Shown piece by piece: positions 7,390-15,653 of a DNA stretch of 30,582 nucleotides. Each line of letters starts with the position of its first letter. Position 1 is the stretch's first letter. The notes under the pieces are model-generated. The model worked only from the letters and a program-made list of their open reading frames with translations. It ran no database searches and was not told the DNA's origin. The position numbers and the translations under genes were made by a program. The stretch lies in the IMG/VR virus record IMGVR_UViG_3300025626_000085, positions 1 to 30,582 of that record, one strand, 5' to 3'. This stretch comes from a virus.

Positions 7390-8049
7390 TTAAAAGTTTA
7401 AGTCTACCCAAAGACTATCTAAGTACTCTCTACACTCTTCTACTCTATTATAAATGTTATTTATATCCTCATCATTTCTATAAATATCAAACACTTTAAT
7501 TCTATACTTAGAGTCTATATTAGAGTATTTATATTTGCTAGCGAACTCTACTAAGTCTGTGCTTTCGTCTCCAAAGTATTCTCTTTGTATTAACTCCTCA
7601 GGAGTGTCCATTAGTGTATAGATTAATTTATACCTATCTATGTCAGTCAAAGCCATGTAGCCCTGTGCTTGCCAGTAATAGTCTTTATTAGGTACACTAT
7701 TAAAGTATAGAGGAAAGCTAAAACAATCCCAACTATTTTTAACATCTATTATATGGTCATCTAAAATAGCGTCTGGAGTACCAGTTAAAAAGCCATTTTC
7801 AAAAGACTGTTCATTCTTTTTTAAGCTATTATAGTCTAATTCTTTAGCTATAAAGTTTAAAGAGTCTACTTCTACAGCGTTTCCTTTGTCTAGGTATTTG
7901 CTAAATATCTCCTTTCTACGGTTATATATTTGCTCTTTGCTCCATTCCTCTAGAAAACTTTTAGTAGTCTTAGATAGTGTTTCTGTTTTACTTCTAGCGT
8001 TGGTCATTATCTTGCCAATTGCTGAACATCTTATTTTAAATTCTTTCAT
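7390..8049 (-). CDS. YqaJ/lambda-Exo-like recombination exonuclease
   Basis: 219 aa. N-terminal RCSAIGKIMT. Core GTPDAI...IIDVKNS (PD...D/ExK) is typical of YqaJ-type viral recombinase exonucleases. Confidence 0.75.
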   Translation of the reverse strand: MKEFKIRCSAIGKIMTNARSKTETLSKTTKSFLEEWSKEQIYNRRKEIFSKYLDKGNAVEVDSLNFIAKELDYNSLKKNEQSFENGFLTGTPDAILDDHIIDVKNSWDCFSFPLYFNSVPNKDYYWQAQGYMALTDIDRYKLIYTLMDTPEELIQREYFGDESTDLVEFASKYKYSNIDSKYRIKVFDIYRNDEDINNIYNRVEECREYLDSLWVDLNF

Positions 8050-8050
8050 G

Positions 8051-8398
8051 TTATTGGTTTTTAATTGCGTTAGCTACTTCGTCTGCACTAGCTACATTAG
8101 AATCTACACCTATCCCAAAGTTTGCCAAACATCTACCCCAGCTTGAAGTCTCGCAGTTTTCTATAAAAGAAGTCTTATTAATAAAAGTAGAATTCTGCTT
8201 TTCGTGTGCATGTCCTGACGCTACTTCTATTCCAGCATCATTTTTGATAGTTGTTTTTATTATTACTCCATTGTCATTAATGTGAGTTATTTCTGAGGTC
8301 ATTGAATATCCTGTAAATTTTTCTCTAAAATATTTAATTCTCTCGTTTACTGTGACATAGGCTTTTCCCTTTATGTCAACTGTTTTCAATTGGTTCAT
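8051..8398 (-). CDS. Rad52/Sak-like single-strand annealing protein (short form)
   Basis: 115 aa. KGKAYVTVNERIKYFREKF and ENCETSSWGRCLANFGIG resemble conserved Rad52-family blocks. Adjacent to the exonuclease. Confidence 0.5.
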   Translation of the reverse strand: MNQLKTVDIKGKAYVTVNERIKYFREKFTGYSMTSEITHINDNGVIIKTTIKNDAGIEVASGHAHEKQNSTFINKTSFIENCETSSWGRCLANFGIGVDSNVASADEVANAIKNQ

Positions 8399-8702
8399 TG
8401 TTGTAGTTTTTAATTTTGGTTAATATAATAATTAATTGTTTAATCCTCTTAGGATTGTAGTTGATAGCTAATTCTTTTAGCTCAATAGATATTTTAACAA
8501 CCTCAGTTATTAAATTACTAAATCTATTTTGATGGATTTCTAGGTCATTGTCACTAAGTTTAGTTCTTTTAAGAATATTTTTATTCCATTGAACCTGGTC
8601 TATAATACCTAGCAGTCTGTCACTTAGAAAGTTGTGTCTTTGGTTAGCTTGCCAGTAATCCCACTCTTGTTTTTGTCTGTAGTAAAACTCGTATTTATCC
8701 AT
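8376..8702 (-). CDS. Hypothetical protein
   Basis: 108 aa, ATG start inside the ATGGATAA overlap with the upstream small gene. Confidence 0.6.
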   Translation of the reverse strand: MDKYEFYYRQKQEWDYWQANQRHNFLSDRLLGIIDQVQWNKNILKRTKLSDNDLEIHQNRFSNLITEVVKISIELKELAINYNPKRIKQLIIILTKIKNYNNEPIENS

Positions 8703-8850
8703 CGTTATAGTCCTCCATAAGTTTTAATATTACTTCAGAATAGGACTTATGTCCGTTCTCTTTGCATTTGTTTTGAAACTTAATTAATGTTTCTAGCTTT
8801 TCAGCTGGAACATAAAAAGTTCTAGTTGTATAATTGATTGTTCTTGACAT
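8695..8850 (-). CDS. Ribbon-helix-helix (Arc/CopG-like) DNA-binding protein; first gene of the early operon
   Basis: Hand translation (51 aa): MSRTINYTTRTFYVPAEKLETLIKFQNKCKENGHKSYSEVILKLMEDYNDG. It has the beta-strand (RTFYVP), helix, helix layout of RHH repressors. Confidence 0.55.
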   Translation of the reverse strand: MSRTINYTTRTFYVPAEKLETLIKFQNKCKENGHKSYSEVILKLMEDYNDG

Positions 8851-8871
8851 TTTTTATTTTTTATAATTAAG

Positions 8872-8900
8872 TTGTAAATATATATATAATTATATTACAA
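8872..8900 (-). promoter_or_regulatory. Promoter-like box plus imperfect palindrome TTGTAA-N17-TTACAA upstream of the RHH gene
   Basis: Arms at 8872-8877 and 8895-8900 are exact complements. The minus strand reads TATATTTAC 24 nt upstream of the ATG at 8850. Confidence 0.35.
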
Positions 8901-8939
8901 AACAAAATAAATAATTAGTAGTTTATTAACAAACAATTG

Positions 8940-9992
8940 TTAAAAGAGGTGTGTTATTCTAGCAATTTGTCCAAACTCACTAAATAGAAAAGACTCTATA
9001 GCTTTGTTATTTGAACTTTGATAGCCTGAGGTATGATGCCAAGTGTCAGCCTCACTAGGTGACATAAGAGACTCCACCCAGAGTCCTGGATATTGCTTAC
9101 TGACTTTGTGATGTATATGCTGAGTAAACATATATCTATATTTAGTGTTAGACCAGTCTGGACATTCGTCTGCTACTATCATTGGTAACGTGTCAGCCTT
9201 AATTTTATGACCATGACAGGAAGATATTAAGTTCTTTTTGTACTTGTAGTATTTACGCATTTGCAAACTAACATCAAAAGTCACATCTTTATTATGTCTA
9301 AACCATGCAGCTAACAACTCAGCAACCATCCAGCCCACAGTATTATCATGGTTGCCAGGAGTAAACATTACATGGACCGTAGAGACTTGTAACAACATTT
9401 CTATTATTTCAACCATCAACCTTTTTGCAATAAGAAAATGGTCTGAAAGCAATCCGTCACTATCTTGACGAGTCCCACCAGTTGTAGTCATATTAAAATT
9501 GTCTACATGCAATAAATCTCCTGAGAGTAATAAAATAGTCTTGTCTATGTTAAACCCTTGAGACTTTGCTAAACATCCTCTAACACCTTCTAAAGCCCTT
9601 GTAACTGCTATTTGGTTATTATACTCCTCACCACTTACAAAAGACCTACAGAGTTTTCCTATATGCAAATCACTAGGACACATAAACAATAAATGTCCGT
9701 CTGTATATTTCTTATAATTTAGTTTTGGGTATTTAGGGGAATATTGTTTAGCCTCTTCTATGACTTCTTTAGCTAGTTTCTTAAAGTCTTTTTCTGTTGC
9801 TTTAGGTTGTTTAAAATATAGACTAGCGTTGTCGTTTTTAATCCATCCACTATGCAAAGTCTTAGGGTCTAAACCCTCTTTGTCACATTCGTCAATAGCT
9901 CGTCTGTAGTTGTTTATTATTTCTGCTTCGTCTTGGTTAAGTCTATAACGTGGATTGCCACCGTCTTTCCACCTTTTGTTGTGTGATTTCAA
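8940..9992 (-). CDS. Calcineurin-like metallophosphoesterase
   Basis: 350 aa. Complete MPE motif set: SDLHIG, SGDLLHVDN, PGNHDN, CHGH, QHIHH. TTG start (first in-frame ATG is about 100 codons in). Non-coding spacers flank both sides. Confidence 0.8.
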   Translation of the reverse strand: MKSHNKRWKDGGNPRYRLNQDEAEIINNYRRAIDECDKEGLDPKTLHSGWIKNDNASLYFKQPKATEKDFKKLAKEVIEEAKQYSPKYPKLNYKKYTDGHLLFMCPSDLHIGKLCRSFVSGEEYNNQIAVTRALEGVRGCLAKSQGFNIDKTILLLSGDLLHVDNFNMTTTGGTRQDSDGLLSDHFLIAKRLMVEIIEMLLQVSTVHVMFTPGNHDNTVGWMVAELLAAWFRHNKDVTFDVSLQMRKYYKYKKNLISSCHGHKIKADTLPMIVADECPDWSNTKYRYMFTQHIHHKVSKQYPGLWVESLMSPSEADTWHHTSGYQSSNNKAIESFLFSEFGQIARITHLF

Positions 9993-10010
9993 TTTTAAGT
10001 AGTATTGGTT

Positions 10011-10031
10011 TTTGTAAATATAATAAAAAAA
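10011..10031 (-). promoter_or_regulatory. Promoter-like box upstream of the metallophosphoesterase gene
   Basis: The minus strand reads TTTTTTTATTATATTTACAAA. TATATTTA ends 22 nt before the TTG start. It shares 17 nt with 445-461. Confidence 0.3.
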
Positions 10032-10038
10032 TTATACT

Positions 10039-10479
10039 TTACTTTTTTGAGGATGTACCGTAGTAAAATGCAAATATGTTTCCAATAACAACACCCTCAA
10101 CCATACCCATTAAATGTACAAACAATTCATTATGTAAAACTTCTGGAATATATACAACTGAATATACTATAAATATAAAACAAAACAAACCTACAACACC
10201 TGTTAGATTCATCATCCAATCATTACCCCCAGCTTTAGCCATTTCAATCTCTCTATTTCTAGCTGAGTCTCTGTCTGCTACTTCTAGTTTATATAGTTCT
10301 GTAACTTGGTTATGTAGTTCTTCTTTTTCTTCTGGTGTTAAGTCTGGGTCTTTAGAAATAATGTTTTTTATTATTCCCATTGTACCATTTGAGGGTAGCA
10401 CATCTCCAATAATATCTAAAATTTTAGGTGCTTTTTCTTTTAATAGTTTACCTATTTTACTGTCTTTTAGCTTATTCAT
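10039..10479 (-). CDS. Holin-like membrane protein
   Basis: 146 aa. C-terminal hydrophobic helices LTGVVGLFCFIFIVYSVVYI and MVEGVVIGNIFAFYYG. The N-terminal part (DPDLTPEEKEEL...) resembles 3TM/DUF3154-type holins. Overlaps the endolysin gene. Confidence 0.55.
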   Translation of the reverse strand: MNKLKDSKIGKLLKEKAPKILDIIGDVLPSNGTMGIIKNIISKDPDLTPEEKEELHNQVTELYKLEVADRDSARNREIEMAKAGGNDWMMNLTGVVGLFCFIFIVYSVVYIPEVLHNELFVHLMGMVEGVVIGNIFAFYYGTSSKK

Positions 10480-10966
10480 AAGACTTATATTTAGTCCTAT
10501 TGTTATCGTCTTTGTAAGCTGTTAATATTTGTCCTCTTTGTTTTCCGTCTGTGTTATAACTTACATGCACCCAATTAGGATTTTTTTCTGTTCCAAACTC
10601 CCAAATTAACTGGTCAAATCTTAGGTTGTCTTTTATGTAGTAAAATACTTCAGCGTTATTTGGTGCGTTACTATGGTCTCTGTCTAAGTCTGCTGCCTCC
10701 CCTTTACAATGTTGAGAGGTTGCTACATAAACCCCATTGACAACTCTATAAGCTCCACCAATAGCCTTATTCAAAGCCTCTGACCTGTAACCACTACTAA
10801 TTCCAAAAGGTACTCCAAAATGATTTCTAATAGGTTGAAATATATTTTCAGCAAAAGCCTTCATATTTTCTATATGTTCTTCTGTTGGCTTGTTTTCAAT
10901 ACCCAACCTAGACGCTGTTTGACTCTTTAACATTTCTGAAAGAGTTAAGTTTTTACTTAGTTTCAT
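10472..10966 (-). CDS. Endolysin, peptidase M15 (zinc D-Ala-D-Ala carboxypeptidase-like) family
   Basis: 164 aa. SGYRSEALNKAIGG, SQHCKGEAADLD and WVHVSY match the H-x-D...H zinc site blocks of M15A/DUF882-type cell-wall peptidases. Confidence 0.85.
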   Translation of the reverse strand: MKLSKNLTLSEMLKSQTASRLGIENKPTEEHIENMKAFAENIFQPIRNHFGVPFGISSGYRSEALNKAIGGAYRVVNGVYVATSQHCKGEAADLDRDHSNAPNNAEVFYYIKDNLRFDQLIWEFGTEKNPNWVHVSYNTDGKQRGQILTAYKDDNNRTKYKSYE

Positions 10967-11273
10967 CCTTATTTATTTTTCTATTGACTTTTTTTTTTGC
11001 GTTCAATATTAAACGCTCCTCAACTCTAGCTAATTTTTCTCTAAGCCTTCCATTTTCTTCAATCAAAATATCAATTCTAGATTCTAAAGACTCTATTTTT
11101 TCTTTTAATTGCATTATGACTTGAGCCTGTAAAGAGTCCTGACGTTGTTCTCTTTTATCTCCAATGTCTATTTTTTGCTTTATTATGTTCCAAATTTCCT
11201 TAATTCCTAAAGCTGAAATTAAAGCTATCAATAAACTGTGGTCATCCATTTTTAAACTATTTACCTTGTCCAT
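10953..11273 (-). CDS. N-terminal TM plus coiled-coil protein (possible lysis accessory or spanin-like)
   Basis: 106 aa. Hydrophobic LLIALISALGI followed by a long charged heptad region. Position immediately upstream of the endolysin. Confidence 0.45.
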   Translation of the reverse strand: MDKVNSLKMDDHSLLIALISALGIKEIWNIIKQKIDIGDKREQRQDSLQAQVIMQLKEKIESLESRIDILIEENGRLREKLARVEERLILNAKKKVNRKINKDETK

Positions 11274-11388
11274 TATACTTTTTTATATACAATTTAGAAC
11301 CTTTAGTGGTAGACGTTTTAGTCTTAGCGTGTATTCCTTTACGCTTTTTCTTAGGCTTGTATTTCTTTAATATTGTAGTCTTAGCCAT
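11257..11388 (-). CDS. Very basic 43-aa peptide
   Basis: Hand translation: MAKTTILKKYKPKKKRKGIHAKTKTSTTKGSKLYIKKYNGQGK. 16 Lys/Arg and no acidic residues. TAATG overlap with the upstream stop. Confidence 0.4.
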   Translation of the reverse strand: MAKTTILKKYKPKKKRKGIHAKTKTSTTKGSKLYIKKYNGQGK

Positions 11389-11636
11389 TATTCTGGGTCT
11401 GGTGTACTCCAAGCACTCGTAGCCATTAAAGCTAAAGCCTCTGTTTGGTTCATTACGTCTCCAACAATAGGTAAACTACCGTCTGTAACAAAACTTGGAG
11501 TTACTCTATAGCTTAACAACCCTTGAGTATTTGCTAAATTTCTTCTCATTGATTGCGCACTTTGCTGGTCAAGTTGAGAGAATAAAACTAAATTGCTGTC
11601 TGACAACTCAATTACTATATAACTTTTATTATTCAT
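11388..11636 (-). CDS. Hypothetical protein
   Basis: 82 aa, ATG start, follows the fibre genes. Confidence 0.6.
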   Translation of the reverse strand: MNNKSYIVIELSDSNLVLFSQLDQQSAQSMRRNLANTQGLLSYRVTPSFVTDGSLPIVGDVMNQTEALALMATSAWSTPDPE

Positions 11637-11654
11637 TTTTTTTATTTTAATATT

Positions 11655-13841
11655 TTAACTTGGTACATCTGTTACTCTATCTAATACATCCATATTTTCA
11701 GATAAGCCATTTGCTGTGCTATATGGTGCATCTCCTTTAATATCTATTGAACCTGTACCTAAACCACTTGCTGAATATCCAGGGCCATCTACAATATCAC
11801 TATTTGTCATGTTAACACTTACAGCGTTGTTAGTTCCTATTTCGTCTAAACAAGTCCAGTTAGTATTAAAAGAACTGTTACTTCCTAACTGCCACCAAGC
11901 AACTGGAGCAGTTCCTGAGAAAGTGTTTAAATCACTTGGTTTGCCAGAGTTGTAAATTTCAGTTACTTGTGTAGAAGATAATTCAATGTTAAAAACAGAC
12001 ACGTTTGAGAACGTACCATTTGCATAGCTACTTGAGGCTGACCTTCCTATTTCAAGAGGTTGTGTTGTGTTGCTCATAGCTGTATAAGGTGAATTTAAAA
12101 CTTTAAGAGTAGTTAATAACGAACCATTTAAATATAACTCAATCCCATTTTGTCTATTAACACCACTATAAGTACCTACTATGTGAATCCATTGACCTTC
12201 ATAACTTGTTAAAGCTGTATCATATTTTGCTCTAATATTTCCACTTCCAAAAGTATCATATAAAATAAAATTAAGTTTATCATCTCCACCATTACTTAAA
12301 AAGTACTCGTTGCCATTTGTACCAACTTTAGAGACTATTCTAAATGTTGTAGCGTCATTCATATATATCCAAGCAGAAATACTAAAAGGAGAATCTGTAG
12401 TGCTATTACCAAAGCTAAAAGTGTCACTATCTCCACAATCTAAATAATCATTAATTCCATCTAGACTTAATGCGTAAGGACTATAACCAGAAGTTTGTTG
12501 TAAATCACTTACAACTAAGTTAGATGAATCCATACCTGAGCTTGTTCCATCGTTACCACCAGAACCATAATCGTTAATAGTCCAGTTAGAACCGTCAAAA
12601 GTGTCAGCAGCGTTTAGTTTCCACCAACCTACAGGACTTAATGAAGAAATGTCATTTGGTGCGCCATTGTTATAAAGAGTTTCTATGTTTCCTGTTGATA
12701 AAGCTGTATTAAAAACAGATATATTTGATAGTTCACCATCAAATAAATAATTTACTATACTAAAATACTCTCCTATTGTAAAGTTGTTACCTAATTGAGT
12801 GTTTGGAGCTAATACAGTAACTGGAGAACTATTTTGCTTAACACCGTCTAAATAAATATCTAAAGAAGTTCCATTATGAACTGTAGCTATATGATGCCAA
12901 CTCCCACTACTGATAGTCGATATAGTCACATCATCACTAGCACTACCTGAACCATATCTTATTATATTAGAGCTTATTAATTGATACCAAAATCTATTAG
13001 TTGAAATTGAACTACTACCACCAGATAAAACAACGTGTGAAGTGACACTTGGTACTCCTGAGTAATTAATCCAAGCTGATGTAGAAAAAGCACTTTGTAA
13101 ATTTAATGCAGTTATATTTCCACAATCTATATAATCGTTATTCCCATCAAAAGAAAATACATAGTCACTTAAACTATTATTTGGAACTAAATAATTAGCT
13201 CCGTTATCTACTGATTGGTCACCTAATTGATAGTAAGATATTGGCTTAGGACTTATCGTCATTGGATTTGTAATAGCAGTTCCACCTCCATAAAGAGTAG
13301 AAACTTGACTTGATGAAAGTGCATAATCAAAAACAGTTACTTGGTCTATTTTGCCATTCCAATAGTAACCAGGAGAAATAGTATATCTTCCTATTGTAAA
13401 ATCATCACCTATATTAGTATTTGGAGCTACTACAGTAACTGGAGAACTATTTTGCTTAACACCGTCTAAATAAATATCTAAAGAAGTCCCATTATGAACT
13501 GTTACAATATGATGCCAACTTCCGCTGTTAATAGTTGATACAGTTACATCATCAAAATCAGAACCAGAACCATATCTTATTTGAGTAGAGCTTTTTAATT
13601 GAATATAAAATCTATTACTTAACGAAATACCACCAGATAAAAAGATGTGGGATGTGCTTAATGTACCTGAATAATTAATCCAAGTTGATGTAGAAAAAGC
13701 ACTTAAATTATTTAAACCTGTTATATTACTACAGTCTATAAAATCACTTGTTCCATTAAAATCCATAGAATAGTTAGAAACCTTATTCTGATTATCGTTA
13801 CTTGGTATACGCCATTGGTCGTTAAAAAATTCTGTACTCAT
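11655..13841 (-). CDS. Tail fibre / receptor-binding protein with three LamG (concanavalin A-like lectin) modules
   Basis: 728 aa. Three modules of about 200 aa each carry the LamG-type signature (F.G..DYIDC...FS.SAWI...W.H...v..g..l.lY.dG...f.IG...F.G.i..v.vfn.aLs..qi..lY). Confidence 0.8.
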   Translation of the reverse strand: MSTEFFNDQWRIPSNDNQNKVSNYSMDFNGTSDFIDCSNITGLNNLSAFSTSTWINYSGTLSTSHIFLSGGISLSNRFYIQLKSSTQIRYGSGSDFDDVTVSTINSGSWHHIVTVHNGTSLDIYLDGVKQNSSPVTVVAPNTNIGDDFTIGRYTISPGYYWNGKIDQVTVFDYALSSSQVSTLYGGGTAITNPMTISPKPISYYQLGDQSVDNGANYLVPNNSLSDYVFSFDGNNDYIDCGNITALNLQSAFSTSAWINYSGVPSVTSHVVLSGGSSSISTNRFWYQLISSNIIRYGSGSASDDVTISTISSGSWHHIATVHNGTSLDIYLDGVKQNSSPVTVLAPNTQLGNNFTIGEYFSIVNYLFDGELSNISVFNTALSTGNIETLYNNGAPNDISSLSPVGWWKLNAADTFDGSNWTINDYGSGGNDGTSSGMDSSNLVVSDLQQTSGYSPYALSLDGINDYLDCGDSDTFSFGNSTTDSPFSISAWIYMNDATTFRIVSKVGTNGNEYFLSNGGDDKLNFILYDTFGSGNIRAKYDTALTSYEGQWIHIVGTYSGVNRQNGIELYLNGSLLTTLKVLNSPYTAMSNTTQPLEIGRSASSSYANGTFSNVSVFNIELSSTQVTEIYNSGKPSDLNTFSGTAPVAWWQLGSNSSFNTNWTCLDEIGTNNAVSVNMTNSDIVDGPGYSASGLGTGSIDIKGDAPYSTANGLSENMDVLDRVTDVPS
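12802..12925. repeat. Near-identical intragenic DNA repeat, copy A (LamG module 2)
   Basis: Includes a 57-nt perfect match (12813-12869 = 13431-13487) and a further 14-nt match. The 618-nt offset is in frame. Confidence 0.9.
13420..13543. repeat. Near-identical intragenic DNA repeat, copy B (LamG module 1)
   Basis: Partner of 12802-12925. It encodes SGSWHHI(V/A)TVHNGTSLDIYLDGVKQNSSPVTV in both modules. Confidence 0.9.
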
Positions 13842-13842
13842 A

Positions 13843-15651
13843 TTAATCTCCCATTCTATACCACTTTACAGGTGGCGTTGTTAAATCGTTTAAATCTGCT
13901 GTTTTGCCTGTTTCTGTTGCTAGGTAAATACCTTGCACTTCACGCGCTGTTAAAGCTGTGTTAAATACTGCTACTTCGTCAAGTTTACCATCAAACCCTG
14001 TATTAGTCGTGCCAAAACCTCTTTTTCCTATGAAAAATTCTGAAGTTGTGTTTTGTAAAGAACCTGTCAAAGCAGTCGGGCTACCTGTCGGAACGCCATT
14101 TACGTAAAGTAAAACATTTGACCCATCGTAAACACCAACAAAATGGTACCATTGACCTGCACTTATACTTGCCTTAGGATAATATGGGGTCGCTGCGCTG
14201 TTTACACCATTAGTTGAAACTAAAAGATTAACTCCAGTATTTTGTATATATCTTAAATCAAAACTTCTTTCATTTGTATTATCTTTAGAAGCTAATCCTA
14301 AAACTCTATTTGTAGGAACAGAGGCAAAATTAGCCCAAAGTGATATGCTTAATTGAGAAAAACCATTAGTTAAGGTGTTGCCAACACTTACGCTCTCGTC
14401 AGCTAAAGTATCAAACTCCATAGAATACACATTATTCACTTGAGCTAAAGCTGCTGTAATTCCTACAGTTTGTATAGATGAATTTGGACAAGTTCCAGCA
14501 GTTGTGTAAGTAATTGTATAACTAGCTATTGTTGATGCGCTTAAATCTATCTGACCAGTAGAACTTCCTGTATTACTACCACTATCTACAAACACTAAAC
14601 CACTACCAGCACTAAATGTACCACCAGCTAAACCAGTTATAGTAGGTGTTGGGTCTGGAAAATTTTGTGCATAACTACTATCTGAATAAGCAAAAGTAGC
14701 ATCATCTAAAGGTGATTCTATAACTGTAGAAGTAGCTGAAGTATTTGAACATCCATTGCTATCTGTACCAGTTACACTATAACCACCAGCAGATGTTACA
14801 TTTATAGCTTGTGTAGTTTCTCCACTTGACCATAAATAACTACTTAATCCAGCAGAAGCAGTTAACGTAGTAGAACCACCAGCACAGAATGAAAGTGTTC
14901 CAGTAATAGCTACAGTAGGAAGTGTTAATTCTGTTACTGTTACCTGAGCAGATGTGTTAGAACAACCATTAGAGTCTGTTACTGTAACAGTATAACTACC
15001 AGCAGTTGCACTAATAGTCTGTGTTGTTTCACCATTAGACCATAGATAAGAAACAAAACTTCCAGCATCTAAAGTAGTAGTAGCACCAACACAATAAGTT
15101 AAAGCTCCTGAAATGCTAACACTTGGCAAAGGATTAACAGTTACATCTACAGAGTCTGTAGCAGAACAAACTCCATTGACCCCAGTTACTGTGTAAGTTG
15201 TATTTGTTGTAGGTTCTACTGTTATGCTAGCAGTAGTTTCTCCTGTGGACCATGAATAAGTAGTAGCACCTGTTGCAGTTAAAATAGTATTATTACCAAT
15301 ACAAATAGCAACGTCAGCACCAGCAGAAACAACAGGAACAGCATCAATAGAAATAGATGTAGTAGCTGTATTAGAATTTGGAGCAGTATAAGTGACAACA
15401 TAAGTTCCAGGAGTAGAAGCAGATAAGTCTACCTGTCCAGTAGAAGTAGATATAAATACAAGTCCAGTTGTGCTAGAAAAAGTTCCACCAGTCTGTCCAG
15501 TTATTCCAGGAATAGGGTCTGTTCCATCCTCACAAAATGTAGTAGCACTATACTCTATTGACAAAACACCACCACCACCAGCTCCACCAGTAGCACCAGA
15601 CGGAGCGTAAAATAAACCTTTTTTCTTATTTGGATTGTAAAATATAGCCAT
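13843..15651 (-). CDS. Tail fibre / adhesin: Ig-like Cys-containing repeats (SprB/HYR-like) plus a C-terminal LamG module
   Basis: 602 aa. Three repeats of about 70 aa with C.G....L.A.....Y.WS.GETT..I.V...G.Y.V.......C. Two flanking GGTFS...G.IDLSAST..Y.ITYT modules. LamG-like C-terminus ends GKLDEVAVFNTALTAREVQGIY. Confidence 0.8.
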   Translation of the reverse strand: MAIFYNPNKKKGLFYAPSGATGGAGGGGVLSIEYSATTFCEDGTDPIPGITGQTGGTFSSTTGLVFISTSTGQVDLSASTPGTYVVTYTAPNSNTATTSISIDAVPVVSAGADVAICIGNNTILTATGATTYSWSTGETTASITVEPTTNTTYTVTGVNGVCSATDSVDVTVNPLPSVSISGALTYCVGATTTLDAGSFVSYLWSNGETTQTISATAGSYTVTVTDSNGCSNTSAQVTVTELTLPTVAITGTLSFCAGGSTTLTASAGLSSYLWSSGETTQAINVTSAGGYSVTGTDSNGCSNTSATSTVIESPLDDATFAYSDSSYAQNFPDPTPTITGLAGGTFSAGSGLVFVDSGSNTGSSTGQIDLSASTIASYTITYTTAGTCPNSSIQTVGITAALAQVNNVYSMEFDTLADESVSVGNTLTNGFSQLSISLWANFASVPTNRVLGLASKDNTNERSFDLRYIQNTGVNLLVSTNGVNSAATPYYPKASISAGQWYHFVGVYDGSNVLLYVNGVPTGSPTALTGSLQNTTSEFFIGKRGFGTTNTGFDGKLDEVAVFNTALTAREVQGIYLATETGKTADLNDLTTPPVKWYRMGD

Positions 15652-15653
15652 CT

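Noticed and set aside
10989-10998. A10 homopolymer on the coding strand near the end of the 106-aa TM/coiled-coil gene, as a slippage site that might fuse it to the endolysin
   Set aside because: I translated both alternative frames. The endolysin frame hits TAA at 10975-10973 before the endolysin ATG, and the third frame stops at TAG within 6 codons. No fusion product is possible, and the run simply encodes Lys-Lys-Lys.
12802-13543. Diversity-generating retroelement (template/variable repeat pair) as an explanation for the near-identical repeats in the LamG fibre gene
   Set aside because: There is no reverse transcriptase gene anywhere in the complete genome. Both copies are in-frame coding modules of the same gene. 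The mismatches between them are not confined to adenine positions.
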